A stretch of DNA of 64,000 bases from the human T2T-CHM13v2.0 reference genome, Homo sapiens, in NCBI RefSeq assembly GCF_009914755.1, contig NC_060929.1, one strand, 5' to 3'. This document shows positions 1 through 13,819 of this stretch, in pieces. The position numbers and the translations under genes were made by a program. How positions within the stretch are numbered: position 1 is the stretch's first letter; the number at the start of each line of letters is the position of its first letter. The notes below the pieces were generated by a model, which did no database searches, was not told where the DNA came from, and was given only the letters and a program-made list of their open reading frames with translations.

Positions 1-286
1 ATTGATTATTTTACATAACACAGGGACCACCCATAGACTACATAGGATTTTCACGGAACTTCAGAAATTCTTGAATCTCATTTTGAGAACCACTTTTCTA
101 TTGTACTTTATTCTGGTGTTTTCTTAGATAGTGTATATCTGGGATATATAGACAGAAAGTTTATGCTTCTAGTAAGAGCAGAGATGGAAACTTGAGCTGT
201 GTGGATACAGGAATACTTCAGAAAAGCCTCAGGCTAATATAGTCAGACTTTACTCACTGGATTGCCTGGAAATAATTTTTGGTCAG

Positions 287-498
287 TGCTATGAACTGAA
301 TGTTTTTGTCCGTCTGTGAGGCCATAGCAAGAAGGTGGCAGTCTGCAAGCCAGGAAGAGAGCCCTCAGCAGAAACCAAATGGTCCAACACTTAAATCTCA
401 GACTTCCCAGCCTCCAGAACTGTGAGAAAATAAATTTCTGTTATTAAAGCCACCCACTCTATAGTATTTCGTTATGGCAGCCCAAGCAGACGAATACA
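287..498 (+). mobile_element. MLT1A/B-type MaLR solo LTR, internally deleted
   Basis: Starts TGCTATGAACTGAATG and ends GCAGACGAATACA. Contains the MaLR motif gacttcccagcctccagaactgtgagaaaataaatttctg. Near 5-bp TSD gtcag/atcag. Confidence 0.85.
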
Positions 499-790
499 AT
501 CAGAATAGGGTTTTGGGGGGGAAAGTGTAGAAAGTTGCTTTTTTTTACAATGTGATGTTAGCATTCCAGCTATATGTCCACATCTTATAAGAGATGCTAA
601 ATCAGTTTTTGGATTACTTTTCAAGAAGCCTAAAATGAGTCTGGGTTTTCTATGACTTTGGTAGATAAACAGGCAATACAGAAAAAGTTCACCTCATTTT
701 AAATTTTCGTTTTTCCCCTTTTTAACGAGTTTCTACTACCAAATATTTGTCATCACTGCAATAGTCTCCAGTTGGGCACATGCATAAACT

Positions 791-826
791 ACACACAGAC
801 ACATACACACAGACACACACACACAC
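791..826. repeat. Imperfect (CA)n microsatellite
   Basis: acacacagacacatacacacagacacacacacacac seen directly. Confidence 0.85.
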
Positions 827-1677
827 GCAGACTCCCATGCATATGCTCCCTGACCATGCCATAAATTTTAGGAGTTTGCCTATTTAATTGCCACTGATCT
901 AAATTGATTTCAAAATGAAATGAAACAAATTAAGTAATCTTTGGTTTTATTTCATCCAATCACCAAGCAAGAGCAGTAAGCTTAATTTAAAGAATGGTGG
1001 TATGGCCTAGATTTCCTATCTAGCAAGGAGATTTATAGCATAAATGACACCAAAAAAATGAACTAATAGGGTACTATATGTGATTCTATGTTAAAAAGGG
1101 GAAATTATTTTACAGGACTCATGAACCATTATTTTAAATCCTTTTGTAAATATGATTTAGTTCATCATCTTTTCTGATTATATTTATGTTCAGCTCCCAA
1201 GTACAGCTTCTGCTTCCTTTTTTGAAATGCCACCAACAGCAGTACCATTTTCACTAATACAAACAATGTTTATAGTGCCCAGAAATGGTGTTAGGAATAT
1301 AGGATTCTTTCATTATTTGTCAACTAGACATTCCTCAAAGAGGTGCCCTATTTAGTTCTGGCTTAGCTTTTTGAACAAAACCATTTAAGTATCATAATTT
1401 TTAAGTTCTTCATGAAATTTTCATGTTTCTATAATAGTTGTCATTAGGTAGATAAAAGAATATTATAATCTTTTATTTCTAAAAAATATAATTTGCATAC
1501 CTAAATGGATTAGGAATTAAATCATAGATTTATAATACAAAACAATTTTGGCTTTTTAGGTCAGTGATGGGTTCACTAAATTCTTAGAAACATAACTATA
1601 ACTTTGTTTGTACTGAACTCTTATCCTTAGAAGACTAAAATATTTTAACTCCATGAAATATCTAAGCAAGACATTAT

Positions 1678-1865
1678 TGTGTGATGCTTAGGAAGAAGGA
1701 TTTGGAGAAGACTAACTGAGTTTAAACCCTAACTTTACTAACTAACTACACAACCTTGGGAAAGTCACCAGGGCTTTCTCTTGCATCATTTCCATATTTG
1801 TAAAATGGGGATAATAATAAATTTGATCTCACAAGTTTGCTTTGATGATTAAATTAGTAAAGATT
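1678..1865 (+). mobile_element. MIR SINE
   Basis: MIR core accttgggaaagtcac...catttccatatttgtaaaatggggataataata...gatgattaaattag. Confidence 0.75.
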
Positions 1866-3010
1866 TGTTACAGAGAACAGTAAAATAAAAGTGTTCACTC
1901 TTGGTAATAAGGTATTGCACAACAGTCAACGAAGGTCTGAGAAGGAAAAAAATAAAAAATATGCACTATCTGGCACAGCCAAATGGAAAGGAGCCTTACA
2001 GGTCCTAAATTATGACATACATTGTTACATCCACTGCAGGAACCAGGATATTAACTACAAATATTATTGGGTCTTCCTAATTCAGCATCATTTCTTAGTA
2101 ATACCTGAAGACAATGTTTATAACACTTAGAGATAATAAAAAGATAACTAAGACTAATTAAGAATAACAGAGTAAACTGCTTTGACTTTCATCTTTATTA
2201 TCTAGGGTTCTCTGGTCTTCAAAGTTGACACATCATTTGACCCCTTTTCTCTCACATGTTTAGCTATTGACTAGTTTGATCATTCTTTCTGTCCTAATTT
2301 AGTCCAAACTTGGATCATCATCTTTCTTCTTTGTCACCTACTCCTTTCTGTTCTTTCTGCTGCTCACCATAATCCCACCTTTCCCAAACTCAAGAAGAGT
2401 TTTTTCAAGGAATATATGCTATCCCACCTCACCTGGTTGCTTATATCCAGCTGTCCTGCTTCTAATAGCATAAGAGATGCACCGTGTGTCATTGGAGCAA
2501 ATGATGGTTACTGTTCTGCTAGTTCTCAATGGTAACAACCCCAGGTGATTCCTCACCAGTACCTGATGGTAAGGAGGAACAGTTTTATGGTAGGTCATGC
2601 CAGTTTAAAGGTATTGGTCTGGTCTTCCTGCTTAAAATAATGAATGGCAGAAGAGAGAACCATATATCTTGGGATCTGAACTGGTGACCTAAACATAAGT
2701 TTCAGCACCTGTTAAATACCCCAGAGCTATTCTAGCCCTTAAAGCTATTCTTTGCTGCTCATTTGAAAACGAACATTAAGGAGGAGAAAAAGGGCATGCT
2801 GAACACCAAGCATGAACTGAAGACCTTTAGAAAATCTCTTTAATATTTACTTGCCCAAGCATGCTCAATGGAAGACTTGTCTTATTGAATTCATACTGTA
2901 TCAAAATGACTTCTCAGAAGACACCTGTTGAAAAAAAGTATTTGTTCAGAAGAGAGTAATTTAGATAATGGAAGTAAGAAGGGCTAAAGACGGTGATTAG
3001 TCCATGCCTT

Positions 3011-5322
3011 TGTATTAGTCTGTTTTCACACTGCTATAAAGAATTACCTGAGATTGGGCAAATTGTAAAGGAAAGAGGCTTAATTGACTCCCAGTTCAGC
3101 ATGGTTGGGGAGACCTCAGGAAACTTACAATCATGGCAGAAGGCAAAGAGGAAGTGAGCACATCTTACATCGTGGCAGGAGAGAGCAAAGAAGGAAGTTA
3201 CACACTTTTAAATCATCAGATCTTGTGAGAACTCACACACTGTCATGAGAACTGCATGGGGAAAACTGCCCCCATGATCCAATCACCTCTCACCAGGTCC
3301 CTCCTTCCACATATGGGGATTAAAATTCAAGATAAGATTTGGGTGGGGTACAGAGCCTAAACATATAATTCCACCCCTGGTCCTTCCAAAATCTCATGTC
3401 CTTTTCACATTTCAAAATCAATCCTGCCTTCTAACAGTCCCCCAAAGTCTTAACTCATTCCAGCATTAACTTAAAAGTCCAAGTCCAAATCTCATCTGAG
3501 ACAAGGCAAGTCTCTTCCACCTATGGGCCTGTAAAATAAAAAAAAGAAACAAGTTAGTTACTTCCAATACAATGGGGGTACAGGCAATGTTCCCATTCCA
3601 AAAGGAAGAAACTGTTCAAAACAAAGGGGCCACAGGCCCCATGCAAGTGTGAAATCCAGCAAGGCAGCCATTAAATTGTAATGCTCCAAAATAAACTCCT
3701 TTGACTCCATGACAAATTCAGGTAATGCTGATGCAGGAGGTGGGCTCCTAAAACCTTGGGTAGCTCTTCCCTTGTGGCTCTGCAGGGTACAGGCCCCACA
3801 GCTGCTTTTACAGGCTGATGTTGAGTGCCTGTGGCTTTTCCAGGCACACAGTGCAACATGTTGGTGGATGTACCATTCTTGGGTATGGAGGATGGTGGCC
3901 CTCTTCTCACAGCTCTAGTAGGCAGTGCCCTAGTGGGGACTCTGTGTGGGGGCTCCAACCCCACATTTCCCCTTTGCACTGCCCTAGTACAGAGGTGCTC
4001 CATGAGGGCTCTGCCCTTGCAGCAGATTTCTGCCTGGGCATCCAGGCATTTTCATACATCCTATGAAATCTAGGCAGAGGATCCCAAAGCTCAACTCTTG
4101 TCTTCTGGACACACACAGACCCAACACCATGTGGAAGCCACCAAGGCTTGGGACTTGCACCCTCTGAAGCAATGGCCTGAGCTATATATTGGCCTCTTTT
4201 AGCCACAGCAGAAGCTGGAGCAACTGGGATGCAGAGTGCCATGTCTCGAGGCTGCGCAGAGCAGCGGGGCCCTGGGAGCAGCCCACGAAACCATTTTTCC
4301 CTCCCAAGCCAAGAAGTTCTCTGAAATGGCCTGGAGACATTTTCTCCATTGTCTTAGCTATTAACATTTGGTTTCTCATTACTTATGCAAATTTCTGCAG
4401 CCAGCTTGAATTTCTCCCCAGAAAATGGGATTTTCTTTTCTACCACGTGGTCAGGCTGCAAATTTTCCAAACTTTTATGCTTTGTTTCCCTTTTAAACAT
4501 AAGTTCCAATTTCAAACCATCTGTTTGTGAGCACATATGACTGTATGATTTCAGAAAAAGCCAGGTCACATCTTCATGCTTTGATGTTTAGAAATTTATT
4601 CTGTCAGATACCCTAAATCATCTTTCTCAAATTTAAAGTTCCACAGATCTCTGGACAAAATTCTGCCAGTCTCTTTGTGAAAGCACAACAAGAGTGGCCT
4701 TTGCTCCAGTTCCCAATAAGTTCCTCATCTCCATCGGAGACCACCTCAACCTGTACTTCAATGTCCATATCACTATCAGCATTTTGGTCACAACCATTCA
4801 ACAAGTCTCTAGGAAGTTCCAAACTTTCGCACATCTTCCTGTTTTCTTCTGGGCCCTCTAAGCTGTTCCAACCTCTGTTACCCAGTTCCAAAGTCACTTT
4901 CACATTTTCAGGTTATTTTTATGACAATACCTCTCTCCTGCTACCAATTTTCTGTATTAGTCTGTTTTCATACTACTATAAAAAACTACCTGAGACTGGG
5001 TAATTTATAAATGAAAGAGATTTAATTGACTCACAGTTCTGCATGGCTGGGGAGGGGGAGGCCTCAAGAAACTTACAATCATGGCAGAAGGTGAAGGGGA
5101 AGCAAGGCATATCTTACATGATGGCAGGAGAGAGAGAGCAAAGAAGGAGGTGCCACAGTTTTAAACCATCAGATCTTCTGAGAACTCACTCACTATCATG
5201 AGAACAGCATGGAGGAAACCATCCCTATGATCCAATCACCTCCTACCAGGTCCCTCCCTTGGCACATGGGGATTACAATTTGAGATGAGATTTGGGTGGG
5301 GACACAGAGCCAAACCATAACA
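3011..5322 (-). mobile_element. Full-length THE1D-like ERVL-MaLR provirus (5' LTR 4953-5322, internal 3369-4952, 3' LTR 3011-3368)
   Basis: Two ~360-370 bp direct repeats each begin tgtattagtctgttttca and end near gagccaaaccata(t)ca, flanking ~1.58 kb of THE1-int-like sequence. Near 5-bp TSD gcctt/ccctt. ORFs 3671-5003 resemble typical THE1-int translation debris. Confidence 0.93.
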
Positions 5323-5384
5323 CCCTTCATCCATTTCTTTATCCTTTTTTCGTTGAAACTCAAGCAAAATAACACAGGAAGTAT

Positions 5385-5545
5385 AATATTGTGGTGTGGT
5401 GGAAAGAACTCTTATCCTGAGGCCAGGGTGTGGGTTCAAGGTTTGTTATCTAGAAAAGTCATTTATTTCTCTGAATTTCAACATCTATTCATATGAAGAG
5501 GTAATAATATCTACCTTACAGAAATGTTGTAAAGATTAAATAAGA
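5385..5545 (+). mobile_element. MIR SINE fragment
   Basis: aagtcatttatttctctgaatttca...taataatatctaccttacagaaatgttgtaaagattaaataaga resembles the MIR core. Confidence 0.7.
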
Positions 5546-5724
5546 ACTTTGTATGTTGCTTTAAAAATATTTGTTATTTTATTGTTTATTTTATAAACAA
5601 CAATTAATTTTGATGCTATGGATCTGAATAATTAAGATCCCAAAATGTTGCTTTCTATCAAACTATGTGGACATTTTTGACTTTTCTTCCCCAGAAATTC
5701 ATAATCTGCGTGTCTTCTGCTCTG

Positions 5725-5965
5725 CAGTGTGTGAAGTACAAAGAACTCAAACGTTGGAACATAAAAGATCTGAATTCACACACTGGCTAAGGTGTTCTGG
5801 ATTCACTTAGCAGTTAGTGCTAGTCAAGTCTTGTATCCTTGGTTATCCTTTCCATAATATGGAGCTAGCAACACCTACTTTGCAGAGTTTTAGAAAGGAT
5901 GATTGGTAAAGTATGAAGGTGCTTAGCATAGTGAACAGTTCATAGTAAACAACCATTATATTGTA
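5725..5965 (+). mobile_element. MIR SINE (degenerate)
   Basis: acacctactttgcagagttttagaaaggat...gtgcttagcatagtg...catagtaaac resembles the MIR 3' half. Confidence 0.65.
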
Positions 5966-6461
5966 AGTTATATTGGGATTCTTTTCTTTTTGGTATGCCT
6001 TCATATTATCATCAAAAATATGGGTTTGTCTATGTTTAGAACTACTTTGTAGGTCCTCAAGCATTGTGCTTATTGGGTGAAATGCTGACAAGATTGTACC
6101 TTGAAAAACAGGAGTCATTTGGATTGATAAAAATTATTTAAAAATTAAATAGCTCAAAATTCTTTTCTTTTCAGATAGTGTAGTTGGAAATTCTTTAGAA
6201 ACTCAAGTTCTGTAAGGGACATAGACATTTTAAGTCATGGTTACTGCCTTCAAGAAACTTACACCCTGGTTGGAGGCATTGTTTTCACTAATATCTGTGT
6301 CCAACGAAATGATGTCTTTATATAGTGACTGGGCTGTGAGGTAAGAAAAGGAAAAATGCTTTCGGAGATTAGACAGATGTCTTTAAAATCATTCTTCTGT
6401 CAATGGAAATGAGCCATGGGGAATCAGGTAGCAGGGAGGCAGAGGGAATGAAAGTCTGCTA

Positions 6462-6650
6462 ACTTTATATTTTGTGTCAAGTGCAGTACTAGGCAATTCA
6501 CATCCATTGTTTTAGTTAATCCTAAAAATAATACTATGAGATGGATTGTAGAATATTGACTTTATGGCTAAAAAATGTAGTAACCTCAGAGAGGTGAAAC
6601 AACCTTGTCTAAGATCACATACCCAATAAGTGTTGGAAATGGGATTTCAA
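6462..6650 (-). mobile_element. MIR SINE
   Basis: ctcagagaggtgaaacaaccttgtctaagatcacat...gggatttcaa is the reverse MIR core. Confidence 0.7.
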
Positions 6651-7119
6651 TCATTAACAGGGGGAGAGTAGAAAGTGGGTTTTATTCAATTTAATTGAAA
6701 AATATTTATAAAATTTAAGTATCTCACCTTCTCCAAAAATTCCTTAATTTATCTCCTGGATTTCCTCCTTTTCTTCTCTGTTGAACCCCCAGTGAGTTCA
6801 ATGCTAGTTTGTGAAACCCTCTAATCAGGGCAAGAGCTATAGCCATTCTTTCAGTGCACATGGCCCAGATGGCTTATCTTATTTTTTAATCTGTGTACTT
6901 TTAGCAAGGGGAAAAACTGACAACTATTTCAGATGTGCTAGTGTTTAGTATCAAATAGAAATAAACTCATTCAACATTAATTTATTGTAAAAATGTTGTA
7001 CAGAATATACCACAATTAAGATACACAATTCAATCATTTATCCTTTCACTTAATGAATATTAGTGATCATTGCTCCCACCCCCTAGTCACAAAACTTTAT
7101 AAAGCAGTTTTAGATAATC

Positions 7120-7360
7120 AGTACAGTCAGCTGCAAGTAGTGGAAAACCAAATTAACATGGCCTAGCCGAAAATAAATTTTTTGTGTATCAAGAAGTCTG
7201 AGGATGGACAATTCGAGACAGGCAGAAGAAGGGTGAAGAGATCATGAGTCCATCACTTTTTAAAAGTGTTTTTAGGAGTCCCAGTTAGCAACTTCAGCTT
7301 GCATCTCATTAGTCAGAATCCATCATATGGCCACTCCTGGCTGCAAGGAGAGCTGTGTTG
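7120..7360 (-). mobile_element. Old MLT1 (J/K/L-type) LTR fragment
   Basis: ctgcaagtagtggaaaacc...catctcattagtcagaatc...atggccactcctggctgcaaggagagctg motifs. Confidence 0.55.
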
Positions 7361-8106
7361 TGGTTTGGAATATAAAAATTGTAAGAAAAAGAAAAATATT
7401 ATCAGAAAGGCAGAAAGAAGTCTTTCTAGAATATCAAGAAATTTAGTTTTCCAGCCTCTATAAAAGCAACTCAATAGTATGAAAACAAATAACCTGATTA
7501 AAAAGTGGGCAAAAGGCCTGAATAGACATTTTTTAGTAGAAGACATACAAATGGCCAACAGGTACTGCACTGCATATGAAAAAAACATTCAACATCACTA
7601 ATCACACAGGAAACACAAATGAAAAAAACCACCAGATATCACCTCACACCTATCAGGGTGACTATTATCAAAAAAAAACAAGATAACAAGTATTAGTGAG
7701 GATGTGGAGACAAGAGAACCATTGCACACTTTTGATGGAATTTAAAATTAGTACAGCAATTACAGAGTCAATAAGGAAGTTCCTCGAAAACCTCAAAATA
7801 TGATCCAGCAATCTCACTACTGAATATATATCCGAAGAAAAAGGAAACTGATATGTTGACGATACAGCTGGATTCCCATGTTTATTGCAGCACTATTCAC
7901 AATAGCCAAGATATGGAATCAATCTAAATGTCCATCAACAGTGGAATGAATAAAGAAAATGTGGTATATATACAAACAGTGGAATACTATTCAGCCATTA
8001 AAAAAAAGGAAATCCTGTCATTTCTGACAACATGGATTAACTTGGAGGGCATTACGTTAAGTAAAATAAGCCAGGCACAGAAAGACAAGTACTACATGAT
8101 CTGTTA

Positions 8107-8661
<555 letters not shown>

Positions 8662-9119
8662 TTAAAGGCTACATATTTATAGTTAGATCGGAGGAATAAA
8701 TTCAAGAGGTCTATTGTACAGCTTGGTAACTATAGTTAATGATGATAGATTGTATCTTGGAAAATTCTAAGAGAGTAGATGTTAAGTGTTCTCACCACAA
8801 AAATGGTAAATACATGAGGTAATAAATTTGTTAATTAGCTAAGTTTAACTATTTCACAATGTATATATACTTCCAAACATCACGATGTACACAGTAAATA
8901 TATAGCATTTTATATATAAATTTAAAAAATAAATTTGAAAGAAAGAGAGAAAGGCAGGGCAGAAAAAAAGGTGTGAGTGGCTTTTAAGAAACTATTAGTT
9001 CATTACAACATTGAGTGAAGGAAGCTACTAGTCTTACCTGAGCTGTGTTTGATGATGCAAAAGGTACCCTGCTTCTATCACTTTTTCAAGTTTCTTGGCC
9101 TCTGGAGCAGAGATAATTT

Positions 9120-9240
9120 TAGTAGTTACAGGGTTCTTATGTCCATTTTATGAGCTACTGAATGTAAAGTGCTTAACACTGTGCCTGGCACATAGTAAAC
9201 TTTAATATATATGGGCAACTATAACAATAAAATTAATATT
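9120..9240 (+). mobile_element. MIR 3' fragment
   Basis: atgtaaagtgcttaacactgtgcctggcacatagtaaac. Confidence 0.75.
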
Positions 9241-9330
9241 CGTTGGTATCATTATTAAGTAGTATAACACTCATTCTTCTCCGTGACTAGAATGAGCCTT
9301 TTTACATTATCTGCATATTTTTTGTCCTAG

Positions 9331-9728
9331 GAATACCCATCTCGAGTTCTGGATATGTGCTCTGAGAAGGTGCCCATGTCACCGACCACACTGGAGGCCA
9401 ATGCAGATACTGGGGGAAGGTTCCATGGTAGCTAAGTGTGGACAAGCTAATCACTGAAGTTCCCTGATGCAGAGTTGATAATCTCTCTAGAGTTGGATGA
9501 AAGACTGTGCTGCCTTGAAGCTCTGAGAGATGCCATGCCAATTCAAGGCAGGGTCTTTATTGTTGAAACTCTTGCGTAATGACATCTTTATTCAGGTGAA
9601 AATACAGGATGAATTTCAACTATATGATATTGTTTATGTTCCTCAGACATGTTATTTGTCTTTACAAAGATTGGTTTCAATAAACTGTGTGACTGATATT
9701 AAATAAACATGGAATTTTACACATTCAT
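9331..9728 (+). other. Candidate terminal exon (3' UTR, possibly with a short coding tail) of an unidentified upstream transcript
   Basis: Acceptor ttttttgtcctag|G at 9330/9331, followed by non-repeat sequence. AATAAA at 9679 and 9702, then a GU/U-rich tract after ~9730. Confidence 0.6.
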
Positions 9729-9755
9729 AATATTTGGTTTCTTGTGATTTTGATG
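9679..9755 (+). terminator. Candidate cleavage/polyadenylation site
   Basis: AATAAA 9679-9684 and overlapping ATTAAA/AATAAA 9698-9707. CA dinucleotides ~15-20 nt downstream, then tttggtttcttgtgattttg. Confidence 0.6.
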
Positions 9756-11964
9756 AACTATACTTTCAAGCATTGTCAGTTCATCCTCATTTACAAGGAA
9801 ACATTTGCTGTAGCAGAGTGATGTAGTGACTTGCTTTACTTAAGATAAGTCAACTTTTCTATTCAATGTTTAATGTGAAACTGACTTAAAAATTTTCTTT
9901 TAGGCCACATTTACATTTCTGTTTGTATAACATGCATTATACTATTTTAACTTAATACTATGGCTATATAAACCAAAGACATCCTAATTCTGTTTTTAAT
10001 TTATTGTTTTGCAAGATAAATAATTTTTAATGCACTAATGAAGCTAAGGAGTTCATATTAAAAGACATGTTATATGACCTACTGAAGTTGAGCTATGGAA
10101 ATTGACTATCTTAAAAGTAATTTTATAAAATTATTTTGTATAAAATTGACTTTCTTGTATGAATTCTTGACAACAAATATAAAACAAAAGGAAGTTGAAA
10201 CTCCTTCTACATCCTTCTACACACTGAGGAGAGTTAATTGAATTCTTTCTAATGTCATGATTTTTGTGTTTCTTAGAAAAAGAAATCAGATGAATAGTAA
10301 ACATTTCAATTGCACATATCTGCTTCTGGCTACCTATTTAAAATGAAAATCTTTTTCAAAGTACACCTAGATTTTTCACATCTTTAAAGTGATATCATTT
10401 TATTTGTAGATTTATTCATGAAATGTTTTCATTTTGCCATCCAGGAAAAGAAATGTCACGGATTTTTTTTTTTTTTTGAGGTGGGGAAGCCCGAAAATAT
10501 GCAACCCTGAGCCCATGCTCCTTCATCCTATAGCCTCTTTCCATTCCAGGCACCCTGTAAGCACTCATCTACATCTCAAAGATAAAAGCTATGAAAGGGC
10601 AAATAAATATGCCAAGAATTAAAGTTCCTCTAACCTTAAAAGGGGTTATTTAAAACAGGCACTCCTGGTATACCATGACCAACTAAGGTCCATATACTGG
10701 CATGTGTTGGATACGCTGCCTTTATAGAAAGGTACCAGGAAGATGTTGAGGAGGGGAAGGTCAACCAGCTAGTTCAGAGCAAGTTTCAAACAACAGGGTA
10801 ATGGTGTCTTCATACCTAACATCTGATTTTTAGTTTTGAAATTGCAGTGGTGGTGATGGGGAGGAAAATCAGCGAGGGGAGAGGGGAACTGATGAACCTA
10901 AAAAGCAGAAGTAAAAAAATAAAGTCTGTAGGCATGGTAGTGACAAAATGCTGATTCTTATGGCTGCACTTCAAAGCATGCTAGGACAGGCTTGCAAGGT
11001 CCAGCAGGATTATTTAAAAGGCTTGGAATTTTGAATATATATTTTTTAAAACCCTTTTCCTTCTGTTTTATTTTTTCCCCAACCACTAGACTACCAGAAA
11101 AAAAAAAATACTTTCTATGCCATCTTTTAGATTGGGTTACTTTGGTGGATGAGTAACCTCACCCATTCCTAGGATTCTTTTCTTTTGACTAGTTTCATTT
11201 TTCAGGCAGTGACCTTTCCCTGACCTCAGCCCCAAACTCCAGGTCACCTTTCTGTAGCCCTGGTGTAGCACTGAATAGAGGGTTTACCAGATTGTTGGCA
11301 CTGGATAAGTGGTACTGGGCACAATCGTCCTCTTTCATAAGCAGGAGGGAAGTTTCCTTTCCTAGGATTGAGAGAGCTGGCTGACTTATGCCCCCTTTTC
11401 ATTTTGTTGTCCAGTAATTTCCCCTCTGGCCATATCTGCAAACTAGTTGCCTTGCAGGAAGGTGACATGCACCACTGATGCAAAAAGACAAACAAAAAGA
11501 CTGTTATTGGCATCAGCACAACTTTCAATGGTACTTCAAAACAGATTCATTTGATAGTGAAACGTTAGTTATTTGCCCCAAATAATTAAAAAGTTTAATT
11601 GATTAAAGCTTAATCTCAGCTATTTAAATATTTCTATGCTTTTTTAAATTACACTCTCCTGAATAAAATCATTACTAGCTATGCCAATCTTCAATCTGCC
11701 CTCAAATTACCCTAGGAAAGATCTCCTTTTACCTCAACATGAAAACAATTTTTTCCCAAGTTTTCAAATAGTGGGAAAAACATCATCTGATTAGACTTCA
11801 GTAGGAGACCTTAAATACCCTCTATCATTTGGCCTTCATGTTGCCACATAGCCATGGCCCTACCAACAGGATGGGCACTTCTGATGTTCTCCAATGTTCT
11901 GCTGTTTCTTTTCCAGGAAGTAACCTGTTTCATGGGTCCTAATGCTGAGATCCCAGGGCTGCAG

Positions 11965-12328
11965 TGTTTTAGTCCATTTGAGCTGCTATAAAAAAATACC
12001 TTCAACTGGGCAATTAATAAACAGTAGAAATTTATTTCTCACAGTTCTAGAGGCTGGGAAGTCCAAATCAAAGCACCAGGAGATTTCATGTCTGCTGAGG
12101 GCCTGCTTCCTGCTTCATAGATGGTGACTTCTAGGTGGGTCCTCACACGGAGGAAGGGGCAAACAAACTTCTTTTGGCCTCTTTTATGAGAGTGCTAATC
12201 TCATTCATGAGGTCTCTGCCCTTATGACCTAATCACCTCTTAAAGGCCCTATCTCTCAATACTATTGCATTGAGGATTAGGTTTCAACATAAGAATTTTG
12301 AGGGAACACAAACATTTAGATGACAGCA
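11965..12328 (-). mobile_element. MLT1A0-like MaLR solo LTR
   Basis: 364 bp, tgttttagtccatttgagctgctata...gaacacaaacatttagatgacagca. Near 5-bp TSD tgcag/tacag. Confidence 0.9.
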
Positions 12329-13764
12329 TACAGTGAATGGCAAACTCTAGCATGTCACATTGTAATGCAAGACCAGTGTACCAGCCTGTCTCTTTTGAAT
12401 AAATCAATGTGGCAATATTGATGATTTCCAAAGCCTCCCTTTTGTATTCTGTATTTGCTACCATTATAAGGATGTCAGCACTAAAGAACAAAAAAAGAAG
12501 AAAAAAGAAAAAGAAGGAGGATCTCAATAGCTAATGGGAAGCATTAAGCTAATCCCTTATCTTGCCACCCAACTTTGTCAGATTTTGGAAAAATAGTGCT
12601 TCAAATTATTTTTCCAATGAATAGACTCGTGTCTTATGTTTGGGCATTTAATTAGGCCCAAGGGGGAAAAAGGTAGAAGTTTTTAATACTATTTTGCTAT
12701 GCAAAATACACATGAATATTTCCACTATATTAGGTAGTTCTATATCAAATATACTTGTGATTCTAAGCGGCCTGGCTTTGGTCCGGCAGAATGCAACCAT
12801 CAGTCAATGTTAGCTCCATGCAGCCGCATTGTTCCCTGTGCGCTCTAAAGCAATCAAACGAGTCTGCAAATGTTCTTCAAAGAATACATCTAGACTGTTA
12901 CTTCGTTAAACATCTCCTTGGCATTCATTCTATTTTCCGCTTTGAATTGCTGCATTTAGTTTTGTAATGACCTTCTATAGCTAGGAGGTTTTATTAACTC
13001 TTTGATCTTCTAGCTTTGGGATGAAAACAAAGAAAACATAAATGAGCACTTTGTGCACTGTCTTATAGAGGAGACCAGAAGAAAAAAGGAAATATGTTTT
13101 CATCAAAAAGATTGGTTTGTGTGGAGACTTTCAGCCCTTCCTGTTCTTTTCTCCCTTTGAGTAAAATGCTTATCAATGTTGTACATGTGTTTGTTTTAAT
13201 GTCTTCTTTATAACAAAGTCTTTGTTTCTCTTCTCTGTAGCTCTGGTAGCTGAGGTTAGGGTCAGATATCTCTTTATGGATTTTCTTTTTAAGAACATTT
13301 TCCATCCTTGGTTTCCTCTAATCCAGAGTATAATTCTTGGGTAATCTGTCGTTGTATTTATGAGATACTGGAAGCCCTGCTCTGTTTCCAAGTATTCCTT
13401 TGTGTGTGTCTACGTGAGTGGTGAAGGGGAGGGCATCCCCAAGCCGGTAGTCACTTAATACTATGCTGAGAAAAAGATTGAGAACTCTCTGTATCCAAAT
13501 CTCAGTTCTGCACTTCATTGTAACTGTGTCTGTATATTCTGGAGCATTTGGAGTAGAACCTCACCATTTAGTTAACTTGCTTCCTAAGTCCTGAACTCAT
13601 ACCATTATTAACATATGGATGAAATACTGCCTTTCAAATTGACTGTATTTTTATCTTTTGTCACCCTCTTTTTTCCCTTTTTTTACATACTTAACTGACT
13701 TTACCTTTTTTGGTCTTTTATCACAACTTTGGAACAAAACTTTAGGTAAAAGATTATAAAATAC

Positions 13765-13819
13765 TGAAGTCCTACTCCTAGCTTGAAAAAGTAAAATAAA
13801 TAAATAAATATAAATAAAT
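13765..13819 (+). mobile_element. Orphan ultra-short TPRT insertion (21-nt body plus A-rich tail)
   Basis: Perfect direct repeat aaaagattataaaatac at 13748-13764 and 13820-13836 flanks tgaagtcctactcctagcttg plus an A/(TAAA)n tail. Confidence 0.7.

Noticed and set aside
3671-5003. Dense cluster of overlapping ORFs on both strands
   Set aside because: All lie in the GC-richer THE1 internal region, a well-known source of spurious ORFs.
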